A stretch of 64,000 nucleotides of DNA from an uncultured virus (IMG/VR IMGVR_UViG_3300038960_000189) (lineage: Duplodnaviria > Heunggongvirae > Uroviricota > Caudoviricetes), in the IMG/VR virus record IMGVR_UViG_3300038960_000189, one strand, 5' to 3'. The translations under genes were made by a program, and so were the position numbers. Under the pieces are notes generated by a model. The model was not told where the DNA came from and did no database searches. It worked only from the letters and a program-made list of their open reading frames with translations. The stretch's first letter is position 1; every line of letters begins with the position of its first letter. Positions 18,202 through 28,112 of the stretch are shown here, one piece after another.

Positions 18202-21036
18202 TTATTTTATTGGAACTACTGAACCTCCTGTATAAAAGTCTCCAGCAAATGCATTTGTTGCAACTATAGATATACCTTTAATTGTTACAGTTGTGTTGCC
18301 AGTAATAGAAGTTTTCACTTTAATTTTAACAGTTTTTGCTTGAATATCTGTAGCAATATTGTATTGTTCTGCTTGATTGCTTGTAGTAGTGCCACTAGGA
18401 CCTTTTGCATAAGCTCTTGGTGTATTAGAAAGTGCATTATTTACATTAACTTGAAAGAGAGACATAGTATTATCTATATTCCATTGGTCAAATGCAGTAA
18501 CATTACCTGAAGAACTTCCTGTTGCCATGGTGGCAATTGTATATAAGATATCAGCGTCTCGAGACGTATTATCCGAAGTGTCATGTTTAGAACTCCAAGA
18601 CATTATTATTTTATCTTCTCCTGGAAGTAGGCTTACAATGTATTCTTGCAATGTTTCAGAAGAAGTACTAACATATTGTGTATAATCACTAACTAGTTGT
18701 CGGCCGATGTTGCGCCCTTTGAAAAATCCGTTTTCTGTATCTGCAAGTACAAATTGTGTATCTATACCGCCTACATCATATACATTTCGTATAAAAAAGT
18801 TAGAACCAGAAATTGTACCATCGTCAGATAATACAAATGATGGATTTCCATCGGGTGCTGGTAAATTTGTTGTAGATTGGAGTTTATCATTAGTAATTTG
18901 TGTACCACCTATAGTTCCACCGGTAGCATTAATAGTTCCATCTGGATTCAATTGGAAATTAGAAGAAGATATTTCCAATTGCCCATTTGAGCCACTTATA
19001 AATTGTGTTGTAGGATCTCCTAAAAAGAATGTTTTTGTATGTACATCTAATATACTAGGATTCGTTCTAAATCTAAAAAAGTTATCACCATCAGCTACCA
19101 TTTCTAATCCAACGCCTTCATATGAAGTTGCTGTTTGTTGTGGTAATGCTGATCCAGAAAATAATAAAAATCCTCCTTGACCTGCAGATCCAGTTGCTTG
19201 ATTAAATCCTTCATATCCTAATGATCTAATATAACCAGTTCCACGTAATCCGTTTACTTCAATACCAGATCTTAGTGAATCAGCAACATATAATGACCCA
19301 GTAATCATTGAAAATCCGCCATCAATATATCTATTTCCACCTTGCCAATTTTTATCGTATATATAACTTATTGTTTTGCTTCTATCTCCAATAATATTAT
19401 AATATTCTACTTTGAAAGATATTTGATTTCCACTTTTATGCTTAGTAGGTACCTCAGAACGGATTCTTGTGTAATTAGGAGTATAACCAATTTCAGCTGA
19501 AGTTTCTGTACGTATATCTGCAATTTGCCATTTACCAGATTCAATTACAAATAACAATGAACCATAGCCTGTTTTATCGGCTTTAAATTCAAATTCAATA
19601 TCATCATATCTTTGAGTGTTTCCAGTACTAACAATTTCTCCTATTTTTTTACCTATTGTTACTGGTAATTGTTGATTTAGAATGTTAGTAGTGTCAAAAT
19701 TAAATGCAGACCCTGATGCATATATTGAAAGTTTAGGATCAGCATTATCACTAACTGTGCTTCGGAGAGCATATGCGTCAATAGTAACACGATATTCAGA
19801 TTGACTAACAAAATATCCAGCGTATTGATCTTGTACTTGTGTTACTACTACTGAATCATTTTTTGAAATATTTTCACTACTGTCAATAAACATAGCATTA
19901 TTTATAGATTCAGTAGTCCATGTTAAATCAGGAGGAGTTACTTCTGTTCTTCCTTGATATACATGTCCTTCCCAATATTGATCAATAATACTTTGTGTGG
20001 TAAATATACCTATAGATTTATCTGGTGTTAATGAAGCTGTTGAGTCAACAAATATTTCTGTGCCTTCTAAAGCTACATCATTTATTTGTTCCCATGTACC
20101 AACAGTTCCTTTAGAGTTTGCATATACCTTTATTCTGGAAATATCACCAGTATCAGGATTTAATCCGTTAATTTGTAATAATGCAAATGACTCAGAATGT
20201 TCAGTTGTTACATATGTAGGATCTGCTTCATATGACAATGAAAATGCAGATGGATCAAATTGATTATATGTATGTGTTGATATTGTTTGATTGCTTGTTA
20301 CAGTAAATGGTGACTCTAATTGTACAGTAGTATCACTTAAAACTTTGGCAATTTTAGTAGTATATATATTAGATGATACATTATATAATGGAGTTGGTTT
20401 TGGATTATTAGGAGAAGAAACAGTGATAGTTCCACCTTTCATATCTCCAGAAAATTTTCCTCCATTTAAGGTTAATATTGGTGTATTATTTTGAAAAATA
20501 TATTCAACATTTCCAGTAGTATATGTTGGAAATTGTGTTGTATTATATGATCTATCTAGCCTAACACCTATATTTTCTGAAATTGTGACATTTGGATCAA
20601 TTGAAAAAATAATCTCAGATTCATTTGGAATAGTCGGGTTTACTGGAATACTTCTACTCCATTTAGCATTTAATGAATTAGTCCATTCATTTGTTACAAG
20701 ATTATCTTTTACTTGAGTAATCATTGTAATAGTTGCATCACCAGGAGGAGTATCTTCATATATGTAAATTGAAATGACACGAGAACCATCTTGATCAACA
20801 TAATTTATAAATTCAGAATATATCGGATCACCATTAAAGTCAAGAACTTCAACTTCTATAGGGGCTCCTATTTTTAGTGAATTTATATCGCCACGAAATT
20901 TAATTAAATTTTTACCAGCTGTTAGTCTTGTAGGAAATTCACTTATATCAAACAACCCAGATGATAACGGAGAGGTGTCTGTGATATATGTTGGTGTAAA
21001 TTGATAACCTGAATATACAGCTTTAAGTTTCGACAT
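18202..21036 (-). CDS. large virion structural (tail/baseplate) protein
   Basis: 944 aa, beta-rich, SGS motifs, late motif at 21053-21060. Confidence 0.6.
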   Translation of the reverse strand: MSKLKAVYSGYQFTPTYITDTSPLSSGLFDISEFPTRLTAGKNLIKFRGDINSLKIGAPIEVEVLDFNGDPIYSEFINYVDQDGSRVISIYIYEDTPPGDATITMITQVKDNLVTNEWTNSLNAKWSRSIPVNPTIPNESEIIFSIDPNVTISENIGVRLDRSYNTTQFPTYTTGNVEYIFQNNTPILTLNGGKFSGDMKGGTITVSSPNNPKPTPLYNVSSNIYTTKIAKVLSDTTVQLESPFTVTSNQTISTHTYNQFDPSAFSLSYEADPTYVTTEHSESFALLQINGLNPDTGDISRIKVYANSKGTVGTWEQINDVALEGTEIFVDSTASLTPDKSIGIFTTQSIIDQYWEGHVYQGRTEVTPPDLTWTTESINNAMFIDSSENISKNDSVVVTQVQDQYAGYFVSQSEYRVTIDAYALRSTVSDNADPKLSIYASGSAFNFDTTNILNQQLPVTIGKKIGEIVSTGNTQRYDDIEFEFKADKTGYGSLLFVIESGKWQIADIRTETSAEIGYTPNYTRIRSEVPTKHKSGNQISFKVEYYNIIGDRSKTISYIYDKNWQGGNRYIDGGFSMITGSLYVADSLRSGIEVNGLRGTGYIRSLGYEGFNQATGSAGQGGFLLFSGSALPQQTATSYEGVGLEMVADGDNFFRFRTNPSILDVHTKTFFLGDPTTQFISGSNGQLEISSSNFQLNPDGTINATGGTIGGTQITNDKLQSTTNLPAPDGNPSFVLSDDGTISGSNFFIRNVYDVGGIDTQFVLADTENGFFKGRNIGRQLVSDYTQYVSTSSETLQEYIVSLLPGEDKIIMSWSSKHDTSDNTSRDADILYTIATMATGSSSGNVTAFDQWNIDNTMSLFQVNVNNALSNTPRAYAKGPSGTTTSNQAEQYNIATDIQAKTVKIKVKTSITGNTTVTIKGISIVATNAFAGDFYTGGSVVPIK

Positions 21037-21059
21037 ATATGTTACTTTTTATATAAATA

Positions 21060-24000
21060 TCAAACATGTTGAATATGACTAAAATTTTTTATTTTATTAA
21101 CTTCAATAAGATTATCAACCATATCTCGCATTGATTCTACATGAGATATTATAATTGAAAAGTCAAATTTTGTCCTAAAATAATCAAATAAATTAGTAAC
21201 AGCTGTTATATGATCTGTATCTAAACTACCCCAACCTTCGTCTATTGCTATAAAATTTGGTCTTGGTAATGCAGATACATTAATTAATGCTACACGAATA
21301 GCTAATGAAGAAATAAATCGTTCCATACCTGATGTTAATTCTAATGGCCAAAAATTATCTTCATCATAAATAATATATCCATTAATATTTTTGCCATCTG
21401 TATTTAATACCATATTAAAATCAACAACTTGATTTAAAACATTATTTATTTCTGTTTCAATCTTTGGTAATGCTTTTTTAATTAATTCATATGGAACGCC
21501 ATCTCGCTTTACAGAATGTAAATAATATTCATATGCTTTATATTCTGTTTCTAATTGTTTATATGTATCTAATTGCTCTAATGCTGTTTTCTTTTTTGTT
21601 TTTGCAACTTCAATTTCTCCATGGTTAGATTTAATTTGGTCGGTAATTGATTTTAATGTAGTTGCAATATCTGTTATTAAACGCTTCTTAACGGATATTT
21701 TTTTATCTATCGATGTATTATGTATAATTGCAGACTCATTCTTTCGAAACAATTCTTGCCTTTCAAAACACGTTTCTAATTCAGATTCCTTTGTTTGTAA
21801 ATCACTCTCTAATACTTGCAACTGTAATTCATGTTTATCTAGTTTATTTCGAATATCTTGTTTTTCTTGAATTTTGTCTATTTCGTCTTGTATAATATTT
21901 AATTTAAGTTTTGAAGAACGCTGAATCTGTTCTCGTTTTAATAGAGCTTTTTCTTTTATTGGAATTTCTTTTTCTGCTTCTTTAGCTTCTTTTACAAATA
22001 CATTTGATATACAATATTTGCAGTCAGGATCATATTCGTGATCCTTTAAATGATCTATTTTTTCTTGTAAATATGTAAGATCTGATTGATATCCGAGTAT
22101 CATTGCTGTAGATTCTCTTATAGACTTATTAATATTATCTTTTTTTATGTTAAGAACATTAATATCTGATTGAAAGTCATATTCTGATGCAACTTTGCAT
22201 TGATTATTTAATATTTCAATTGTATTTTCTAAATCTTCAATATTTGTTTGTAGTTCTTCGATATCTTCTTCTAAGTATTCCTGGGTTTCTTCTAACTCTT
22301 TAATATCTGGACCTTCATATGACATTGGTTGTTTTGATTCAATTAATTCTACAATTTCATTTTGTAATTTATTTCTTGACTCTTGGAACGCATTATCTGA
22401 TTCTTCTAATTCAATAATTGTATCTTGATTTTCCATGATAATATCATCTGATTCTTTAATAATAGATCCAAAATCTGTTTTTTTATATTCTTTTAATTTA
22501 CCAGAAGTTTCTTTTATTTCTTCTGAAGCTAAATGATATAACTGCTCAAATACAGTAGTATCTAAAAATTGTGATAATAAATCTTTCCGCTCACGTTGAG
22601 ACTTTTCTATAAAATTATTATTATCCGCTTGCAATGAAAATGCAGTTAAAATAAAGTCGTCATAAGTTCCTAAATATCTCCTAATACTTTTATTTGTATC
22701 GCTACGCTCTTCTCCATTTAAATTTTCATCTTCATTATAAAAATTAACATTAACTTTAACATGGCCATGTTTTAATGTTATACCCTCTCGTTCAATTGTA
22801 TATAATTTATCATTTAACATAAATTTAAATACACCTTTAAATGTAGACTTTTTATTATTTAATACTTCTTTTGATTTGCTTGTTTTACTACATTTATCAA
22901 ATATTGTATATGTTATTGCATCTAATAAAGATGATTTACCAGAAGCATTTGCAGCAAATAATCCAATCACATCAGATAATTTTGAAAAATCTACTTTGTT
23001 ATTTTCGCCATATGAAAACATATTATCAAATTCAAATGATATAGGATACCATGTTACATTTCTAACAGATGACAGAACAGGAAGTTTGGAATTTATTGAT
23101 CTATTAATATGTCGTATTGCATCTAACTCTTTCTTATCAGCTTCAGGGTAATTATCTTCAATATATTGTGTTATTAAATTATTTTGGTATTCAATATCTC
23201 TAACATTACCAATTGTAATAGATCCATTTGTAGTATTTTCAATATGATTAGCACTTCGCTGTATGGAAATATCTTGTACTCTATATTTACTTCGTATAGT
23301 AGCAATTAACTTTTTAATATCAGATGCATCTGTGTCGTTGAATTTTATTCGAACTCTAGGCTTATTTGGAACACGATGTGGTGAACTCACAATTTTTGCG
23401 TTGTCTACTTCAAATGTAACATACCCATAATCATTATGTATTTCAATAAATTCTGCTTTACGATCTGGTAAATCCCATACTAATATTCCATGATCTAATG
23501 CTTCGCCATGATTTTGTTGTATTAATGATCCAGGATATCCAATTGTTTTTTCTTGATTAAGAAATTGTGCTGGTTTATGAATATCTCCTAATAATGTTAA
23601 ATCATGTCCTTTAAATAAATCTGTTGTAACATGTTCATTTGATATTTCAAAACCGATATCCGTTTTTGCATTATGAACTGCTCCATGATGTAATGCTATT
23701 TTATAATGTCCTTCGAAATCCTTAGCTTGAATATAATCTTTTGGAGCAACATCTACTGCCATATGATTGAATACTACATTTGCAAATTTAAATAATCCAT
23801 TTTCTTTTATAAAGTGTATATTTTTATTATTTAAAACATTTAAAATAGGAGATAATGCATCTAAACGATATAAGTTGTTTAAGTTCATATCATGATTACC
23901 TAATATAACAATTGTAGGTATTTGAAATGCATTAAAAAATTTAGTGAGCATGTTAACAAGTTCTGGTGACATATCTAATTTTGAATGTACTATATCTCCA

Positions 24001-24170
24001 GTTACTACACATATACTAGAATCAGTTGCATGTTGTGCAATATATAAAAATAAATTATCAAATACTTGATTGTATTCTTTATGTCTTTTCAGTGTTCGTA
24101 TATGAACATCAGAAATATGAAATATTTTATCAATTGACTTGATATTTGTTTTTAATGTTTTTATTTCCAT
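21060..24170 (-). CDS. fused SbcD/Mre11 (gp47) nuclease and SbcC/Rad50 (gp46) ATPase
   Basis: DVH, GDIVH, GNHD, GDIH phosphoesterase motifs; NASGKSS Walker A; coiled coil with CKYC zinc hook; TSGME signature; IAIDEG Walker B; ISH. Confidence 0.92.
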   Translation of the reverse strand: MEIKTLKTNIKSIDKIFHISDVHIRTLKRHKEYNQVFDNLFLYIAQHATDSSICVVTGDIVHSKLDMSPELVNMLTKFFNAFQIPTIVILGNHDMNLNNLYRLDALSPILNVLNNKNIHFIKENGLFKFANVVFNHMAVDVAPKDYIQAKDFEGHYKIALHHGAVHNAKTDIGFEISNEHVTTDLFKGHDLTLLGDIHKPAQFLNQEKTIGYPGSLIQQNHGEALDHGILVWDLPDRKAEFIEIHNDYGYVTFEVDNAKIVSSPHRVPNKPRVRIKFNDTDASDIKKLIATIRSKYRVQDISIQRSANHIENTTNGSITIGNVRDIEYQNNLITQYIEDNYPEADKKELDAIRHINRSINSKLPVLSSVRNVTWYPISFEFDNMFSYGENNKVDFSKLSDVIGLFAANASGKSSLLDAITYTIFDKCSKTSKSKEVLNNKKSTFKGVFKFMLNDKLYTIEREGITLKHGHVKVNVNFYNEDENLNGEERSDTNKSIRRYLGTYDDFILTAFSLQADNNNFIEKSQRERKDLLSQFLDTTVFEQLYHLASEEIKETSGKLKEYKKTDFGSIIKESDDIIMENQDTIIELEESDNAFQESRNKLQNEIVELIESKQPMSYEGPDIKELEETQEYLEEDIEELQTNIEDLENTIEILNNQCKVASEYDFQSDINVLNIKKDNINKSIRESTAMILGYQSDLTYLQEKIDHLKDHEYDPDCKYCISNVFVKEAKEAEKEIPIKEKALLKREQIQRSSKLKLNIIQDEIDKIQEKQDIRNKLDKHELQLQVLESDLQTKESELETCFERQELFRKNESAIIHNTSIDKKISVKKRLITDIATTLKSITDQIKSNHGEIEVAKTKKKTALEQLDTYKQLETEYKAYEYYLHSVKRDGVPYELIKKALPKIETEINNVLNQVVDFNMVLNTDGKNINGYIIYDEDNFWPLELTSGMERFISSLAIRVALINVSALPRPNFIAIDEGWGSLDTDHITAVTNLFDYFRTKFDFSIIISHVESMRDMVDNLIEVNKIKNFSHIQHV

Positions 24171-25108
24171 AATGAATCTATTTCCAATTTCATCAATTCT
24201 TCAAATGAAAATTGATATGTGTCTTGAATTTTTTCAGTAATTTTTTTATATCCTAACTCATTAGGATCTTTAGAATCTAACTTTACTAAATGAACTTTTA
24301 TTCCTTCTCTCAAAAACGTTTGCGCAATATGTTTTGCATTTTTCAATGCATCTTGATCTAAACATATATAAATTTCTTGTACTCCTTCTTCAATAATTTT
24401 TATTCGAAGTTTAGGATTAATCATTTTACCAAATAATGGAATTGCATTTCTTTTTATTGTAATAGCATCAAATGCTCCTTCACATAATATAATAGGTTCA
24501 TTCCAATTAATTAACATATCAAATCCTATAATATCTTTGGAAATTTTTGGGTTTTTATGTTTATATGGATCATTTTCATAAAATGCTCTTGAAACAAAGT
24601 AATTTAACTGACCTTTACAATCATAACTAGGAATAATAATTTTTCCTGAATATGGTCCTTTTTCAGCATATCCTATTCTATATCGGATTATATCAAATAT
24701 TGTTATTCCTCGTTTTTGTAAATAATATATTGCATTTTTATAATCAGGAGATTTTCTTTCTAACCAAAGCGGTTTATATTCTTCTGGTAATTGTATAGTT
24801 TCTTCAATTTGTTTTTTATTATTTGAATTATCTCTATACTTAGTTCGTTCAATTAATTTTCCTAATTTTTCAAATTTATCTTTTGGAAGATTTAACTGTT
24901 TAAATAATGAATGTATCGTTCTACCTTTTTTGTCAGATATCCAACAATGCCAAGGGTTTTGGCCTTCATGATTTGTGTTTAAATTAACCTCTAGTTTAGG
25001 CTTGTAATGTGATGTAAATGGAGAAAAGAATGCAATATTATCACCAGAGGTTTGTTTTCCTTTACCTAAAACAGATTCCAACAATTGAAGTAATTTTAAG
25101 TTCTTCAT
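24161..25108 (-). CDS. dnaG: DNA primase (DnaG/gp61-like, TOPRIM)
   Basis: YLQKRGI, IIIP, CEGAFDA, CLDQDA, KDPNE motifs. Confidence 0.88.
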   Translation of the reverse strand: MKNLKLLQLLESVLGKGKQTSGDNIAFFSPFTSHYKPKLEVNLNTNHEGQNPWHCWISDKKGRTIHSLFKQLNLPKDKFEKLGKLIERTKYRDNSNNKKQIEETIQLPEEYKPLWLERKSPDYKNAIYYLQKRGITIFDIIRYRIGYAEKGPYSGKIIIPSYDCKGQLNYFVSRAFYENDPYKHKNPKISKDIIGFDMLINWNEPIILCEGAFDAITIKRNAIPLFGKMINPKLRIKIIEEGVQEIYICLDQDALKNAKHIAQTFLREGIKVHLVKLDSKDPNELGYKKITEKIQDTYQFSFEELMKLEIDSLWK

Positions 25109-25115
25109 ATAATTT

Positions 25116-25143
25116 ATTATAAGAAAATTTACTGAAATTTCAA
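25116..25143 (-). promoter_or_regulatory. sigma70-like promoter for primase and Mre11-Rad50
   Basis: TTGAAA-N16-TATAAT on minus strand. Confidence 0.6.
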
Positions 25144-25287
25144 AATTATTGGCTATTATAATATTATGTCAGACACAATTGAATTGGTCTAACGAATCAT
25201 CATTCAACAAATAAATTTATTAAACGATTTCATCTTTTTATTAATTACATTAAAAAAATAATGATTATTTTTCAAAGATCCAATCAA

Positions 25288-25767
25288 TTAATTAAAAAAT
25301 TTTACTAAAATTGGATCTTCACCATCTTTACAACACTCATTCAACCATTCTGTAGGTATTTCTTTTTTTGCTACATATTCAATACCTAACTTTTTTGCAT
25401 ACATTTCATACGTTGTTTTAGATCCTTTAGATATCTTTTGGTTTGGATTCTGAAATACCATTCGTAAATCAATATCTGGGTTTGAAGCTAATACATGCTT
25501 CATTTTTTGTCTATCAACACTAGTCCATCTACCTTTTGTCTCAATATACATTGTTTTACCATTCTTTTTTGTGAAAAGAAAATCCGGTGTATATTTCGAA
25601 TTTTTTTGTGGAACTACGTAGTGTAGCGTTTCTTTCTCATAATTTACCGGATATTTTGCTTCTTTTATCTGATCTGCAACCTTTAGTTCTAAACCAGACC
25701 GATATCCATATTTATATGCCGCTTGGCGTTGTTTATTGTTAGCGGTGTGCCAATGATTTCTTCTCAT
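25288..25767 (-). CDS. endonuclease I (T7 gp3-like Holliday junction resolvase)
   Basis: YRSGLE, YTPDF, IETKGR, DLRMVF motifs. Confidence 0.88.
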   Translation of the reverse strand: MRRNHWHTANNKQRQAAYKYGYRSGLELKVADQIKEAKYPVNYEKETLHYVVPQKNSKYTPDFLFTKKNGKTMYIETKGRWTSVDRQKMKHVLASNPDIDLRMVFQNPNQKISKGSKTTYEMYAKKLGIEYVAKKEIPTEWLNECCKDGEDPILVKFFN

Positions 25768-27539
25768 AAAAATTTTATAGTTTCTCGATCTATATCTGTT
25801 AAAGCAGATTTGGCATCTTTTGCTGCCTGTATAACTGCTTGTTGATCTGATGGAAATTGTTTTATATTAGTTTGGTATTCTCCGTCAACTGTTGAATCAT
25901 ATATTTTTTTATCTGGATCAGAGGCATATACATATGTATATATTTCATTTCTTTCTTTTCTATTAACGCTCCAATACCCTCTTAGTTCAATTCCAGCTGT
26001 TAAATTACCAGCTGCATCATATGTACCAACTAATCTATCTCCTTCGAACACATCTCTTTTTCCAGCAATGTCTTTAATCCCAGATTCTAACATATAACCG
26101 TTCCATTTACCTATCCATCTTACGGTACGATTAGAAGTGATCCATACTCCTTTATCATAGTCATTAAATCCAAATACAGTACCTATATATTTAGCTCCAC
26201 CTTTCGTCTCAACTGTTACTATTTCATTTGATTTATTAGAATCAATATTTGTATCTTGATTATCTACTGACTGATCATCTTGATTATTAGTTTGTGCTGC
26301 TTTAGATAAAGCAACAGCTGTTTGTTGATCTAAATCTCCCGTCTGATTTAAATTATTATCTTTTTGAAAATCTTTTATTGCTTTACGTGTAACAGCTCCA
26401 ATCTTTCCATCTATGCCATCTTTATTTGGTCCAAATGTTCCTAAATCATATCCAAGCTTTTTTAAAGCTGCTTGTGCTTGTGTAACATTTTCTTTACTAT
26501 AAACACTTTTATTTGAATCAAAATCTAAACTATCGTTTCTTGCTCCTATATGTACATGATTATAATGATTTCCACCTATATTTGTTCTCCAAAGAATTTG
26601 ATAACGTATATCGTCAACCGTTTTATTAAATGCTCCGCCTTTTGTAACTGGTTTATGTCCAATTGATTTCATTGAAGTTAAAAATACTTGATCTCCTATA
26701 GTGTCCCCAATTTCATTTCCTGTTACTTCATCAAATCCTGCTATATCAACTCCATATGAATCCTCAGAGCCTATCCAATGATCGCTACGGTTTCCAGTCC
26801 TTGTAGTTCTTTGATCACGTTTTAAAGAAGATATTTTAATTGATGGGAATTTCTTTTTTAAGAAAGCAAATAAACCTAACAATTTACCCATTGTGCCTCC
26901 CCAATTACCATCTATTCCGCCAGCTTTAGCTCCTGATATTCCATATGTTGATGATGCGTCGAAAGATTGTATTTTTTCTACTGATCCTGTTACAAAGTCA
27001 TCGCTTGACTGATCGTCTTGATTATTATCAGCTTCTTCATCTCCATCAATGTATTCTACATCGTTATTTTGAATTGAATCTTGATCGTCTACGTTAGACA
27101 CATTTGTATTAGTATCAACAGCTGCGACACTGTTTTGATCAGTATTTGTTTGTTCTTTTGGAAATAATGCAATAGAATTTTGTACATAATAGTCCGAGTC
27201 TGTCGGGTCATCGTCCTGTATTTTTGCTATAAGAACATTAACAACAATTTTTCCTTTTCTATCACGTAATGGTTTCCCAATAATATATTTATGTCCCCCT
27301 AAGGCATATGCGCTAGTAGCTCCAAATTGAGATGATTGTTCTATAGATGAAATAATATCTCGATTTGTCATGTTAGCGCCACGTTGTTTTCGTACCAATC
27401 TAAATCCAGCTTTTAAATTTTTATCTTTTTTTGCTTTACGTAAGTCACCTGGAGAAAGTGGAAGTATTTTTGTAACAACTCGTTGTTCTTGAAGAATTTT
27501 TTGATATTCTTCTTGTATTATTTTTTCTAGATATTGCAT
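25764..27539 (-). CDS. putative peptidoglycan hydrolase: M15/LAS-type Zn peptidase-like domain plus PG-binding domain
   Basis: SDH..G...GVDI...HYNHVHIG; VTQAQAALKKLGYDLG..GIDGKIG..TRKAIKDFQKDNNL..TG.LD..T (PG_binding_1 pattern). Confidence 0.75.
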   Translation of the reverse strand: MQYLEKIIQEEYQKILQEQRVVTKILPLSPGDLRKAKKDKNLKAGFRLVRKQRGANMTNRDIISSIEQSSQFGATSAYALGGHKYIIGKPLRDRKGKIVVNVLIAKIQDDDPTDSDYYVQNSIALFPKEQTNTDQNSVAAVDTNTNVSNVDDQDSIQNNDVEYIDGDEEADNNQDDQSSDDFVTGSVEKIQSFDASSTYGISGAKAGGIDGNWGGTMGKLLGLFAFLKKKFPSIKISSLKRDQRTTRTGNRSDHWIGSEDSYGVDIAGFDEVTGNEIGDTIGDQVFLTSMKSIGHKPVTKGGAFNKTVDDIRYQILWRTNIGGNHYNHVHIGARNDSLDFDSNKSVYSKENVTQAQAALKKLGYDLGTFGPNKDGIDGKIGAVTRKAIKDFQKDNNLNQTGDLDQQTAVALSKAAQTNNQDDQSVDNQDTNIDSNKSNEIVTVETKGGAKYIGTVFGFNDYDKGVWITSNRTVRWIGKWNGYMLESGIKDIAGKRDVFEGDRLVGTYDAAGNLTAGIELRGYWSVNRKERNEIYTYVYASDPDKKIYDSTVDGEYQTNIKQFPSDQQAVIQAAKDAKSALTDIDRETIKFL

Positions 27540-27566
27540 GTATCTTCTATTCTTTTATATAAATAT

Positions 27567-28112
27567 CTACCAATCAATCATTACTATGTTTCCGTTCCAT
27601 TGCATAACATTGTCTGGTTTAAAATCTAATGAAAATTCTAAATCACCAATCCCCATTCTTTTAACTTGTTGTTCTAAAGCACGTAAAAAGCTTACAAGTC
27701 TTGGTGCATATTTTCTAGTTGATTCAGTATTTAAATATTCAAATATACTTGTTTCGTGACCTTGATTTCTAGCATATTCTTTGTAATCTTCATAAAATTG
27801 TATTACTTGACGATAATCACCTGGTGATAATTTTTCAGCTTTATTCATTATATACATTCGATTTGATCTATCAGAATAATGCACTGGAATAAATGCATTA
27901 AATTCACCATAACGACCAACAATTACGTCTGCAACTGCTAACTCATCTGGTTCGGTTGTTATTTTAAATAAATAATCTTCGTTGTTAATTTGATAAACTT
28001 TTCCATTATCTCCTCGAGCATAAAATTTAATTTCTTTGTTTTTAATTTTGTCTAACAACTTTGAAGCTTCTTGTTGTGTTATTTCTTGTAATATTTCTTT
28101 TAATTTTTTCAT
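27567..28112 (-). CDS. minimal protein kinase-like protein
   Basis: ARGDNGKVY (G-loop), FKIT, LDFKPDNVM (catalytic loop), MIDW. Confidence 0.7.
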   Translation of the reverse strand: MKKLKEILQEITQQEASKLLDKIKNKEIKFYARGDNGKVYQINNEDYLFKITTEPDELAVADVIVGRYGEFNAFIPVHYSDRSNRMYIMNKAEKLSPGDYRQVIQFYEDYKEYARNQGHETSIFEYLNTESTRKYAPRLVSFLRALEQQVKRMGIGDLEFSLDFKPDNVMQWNGNIVMIDW

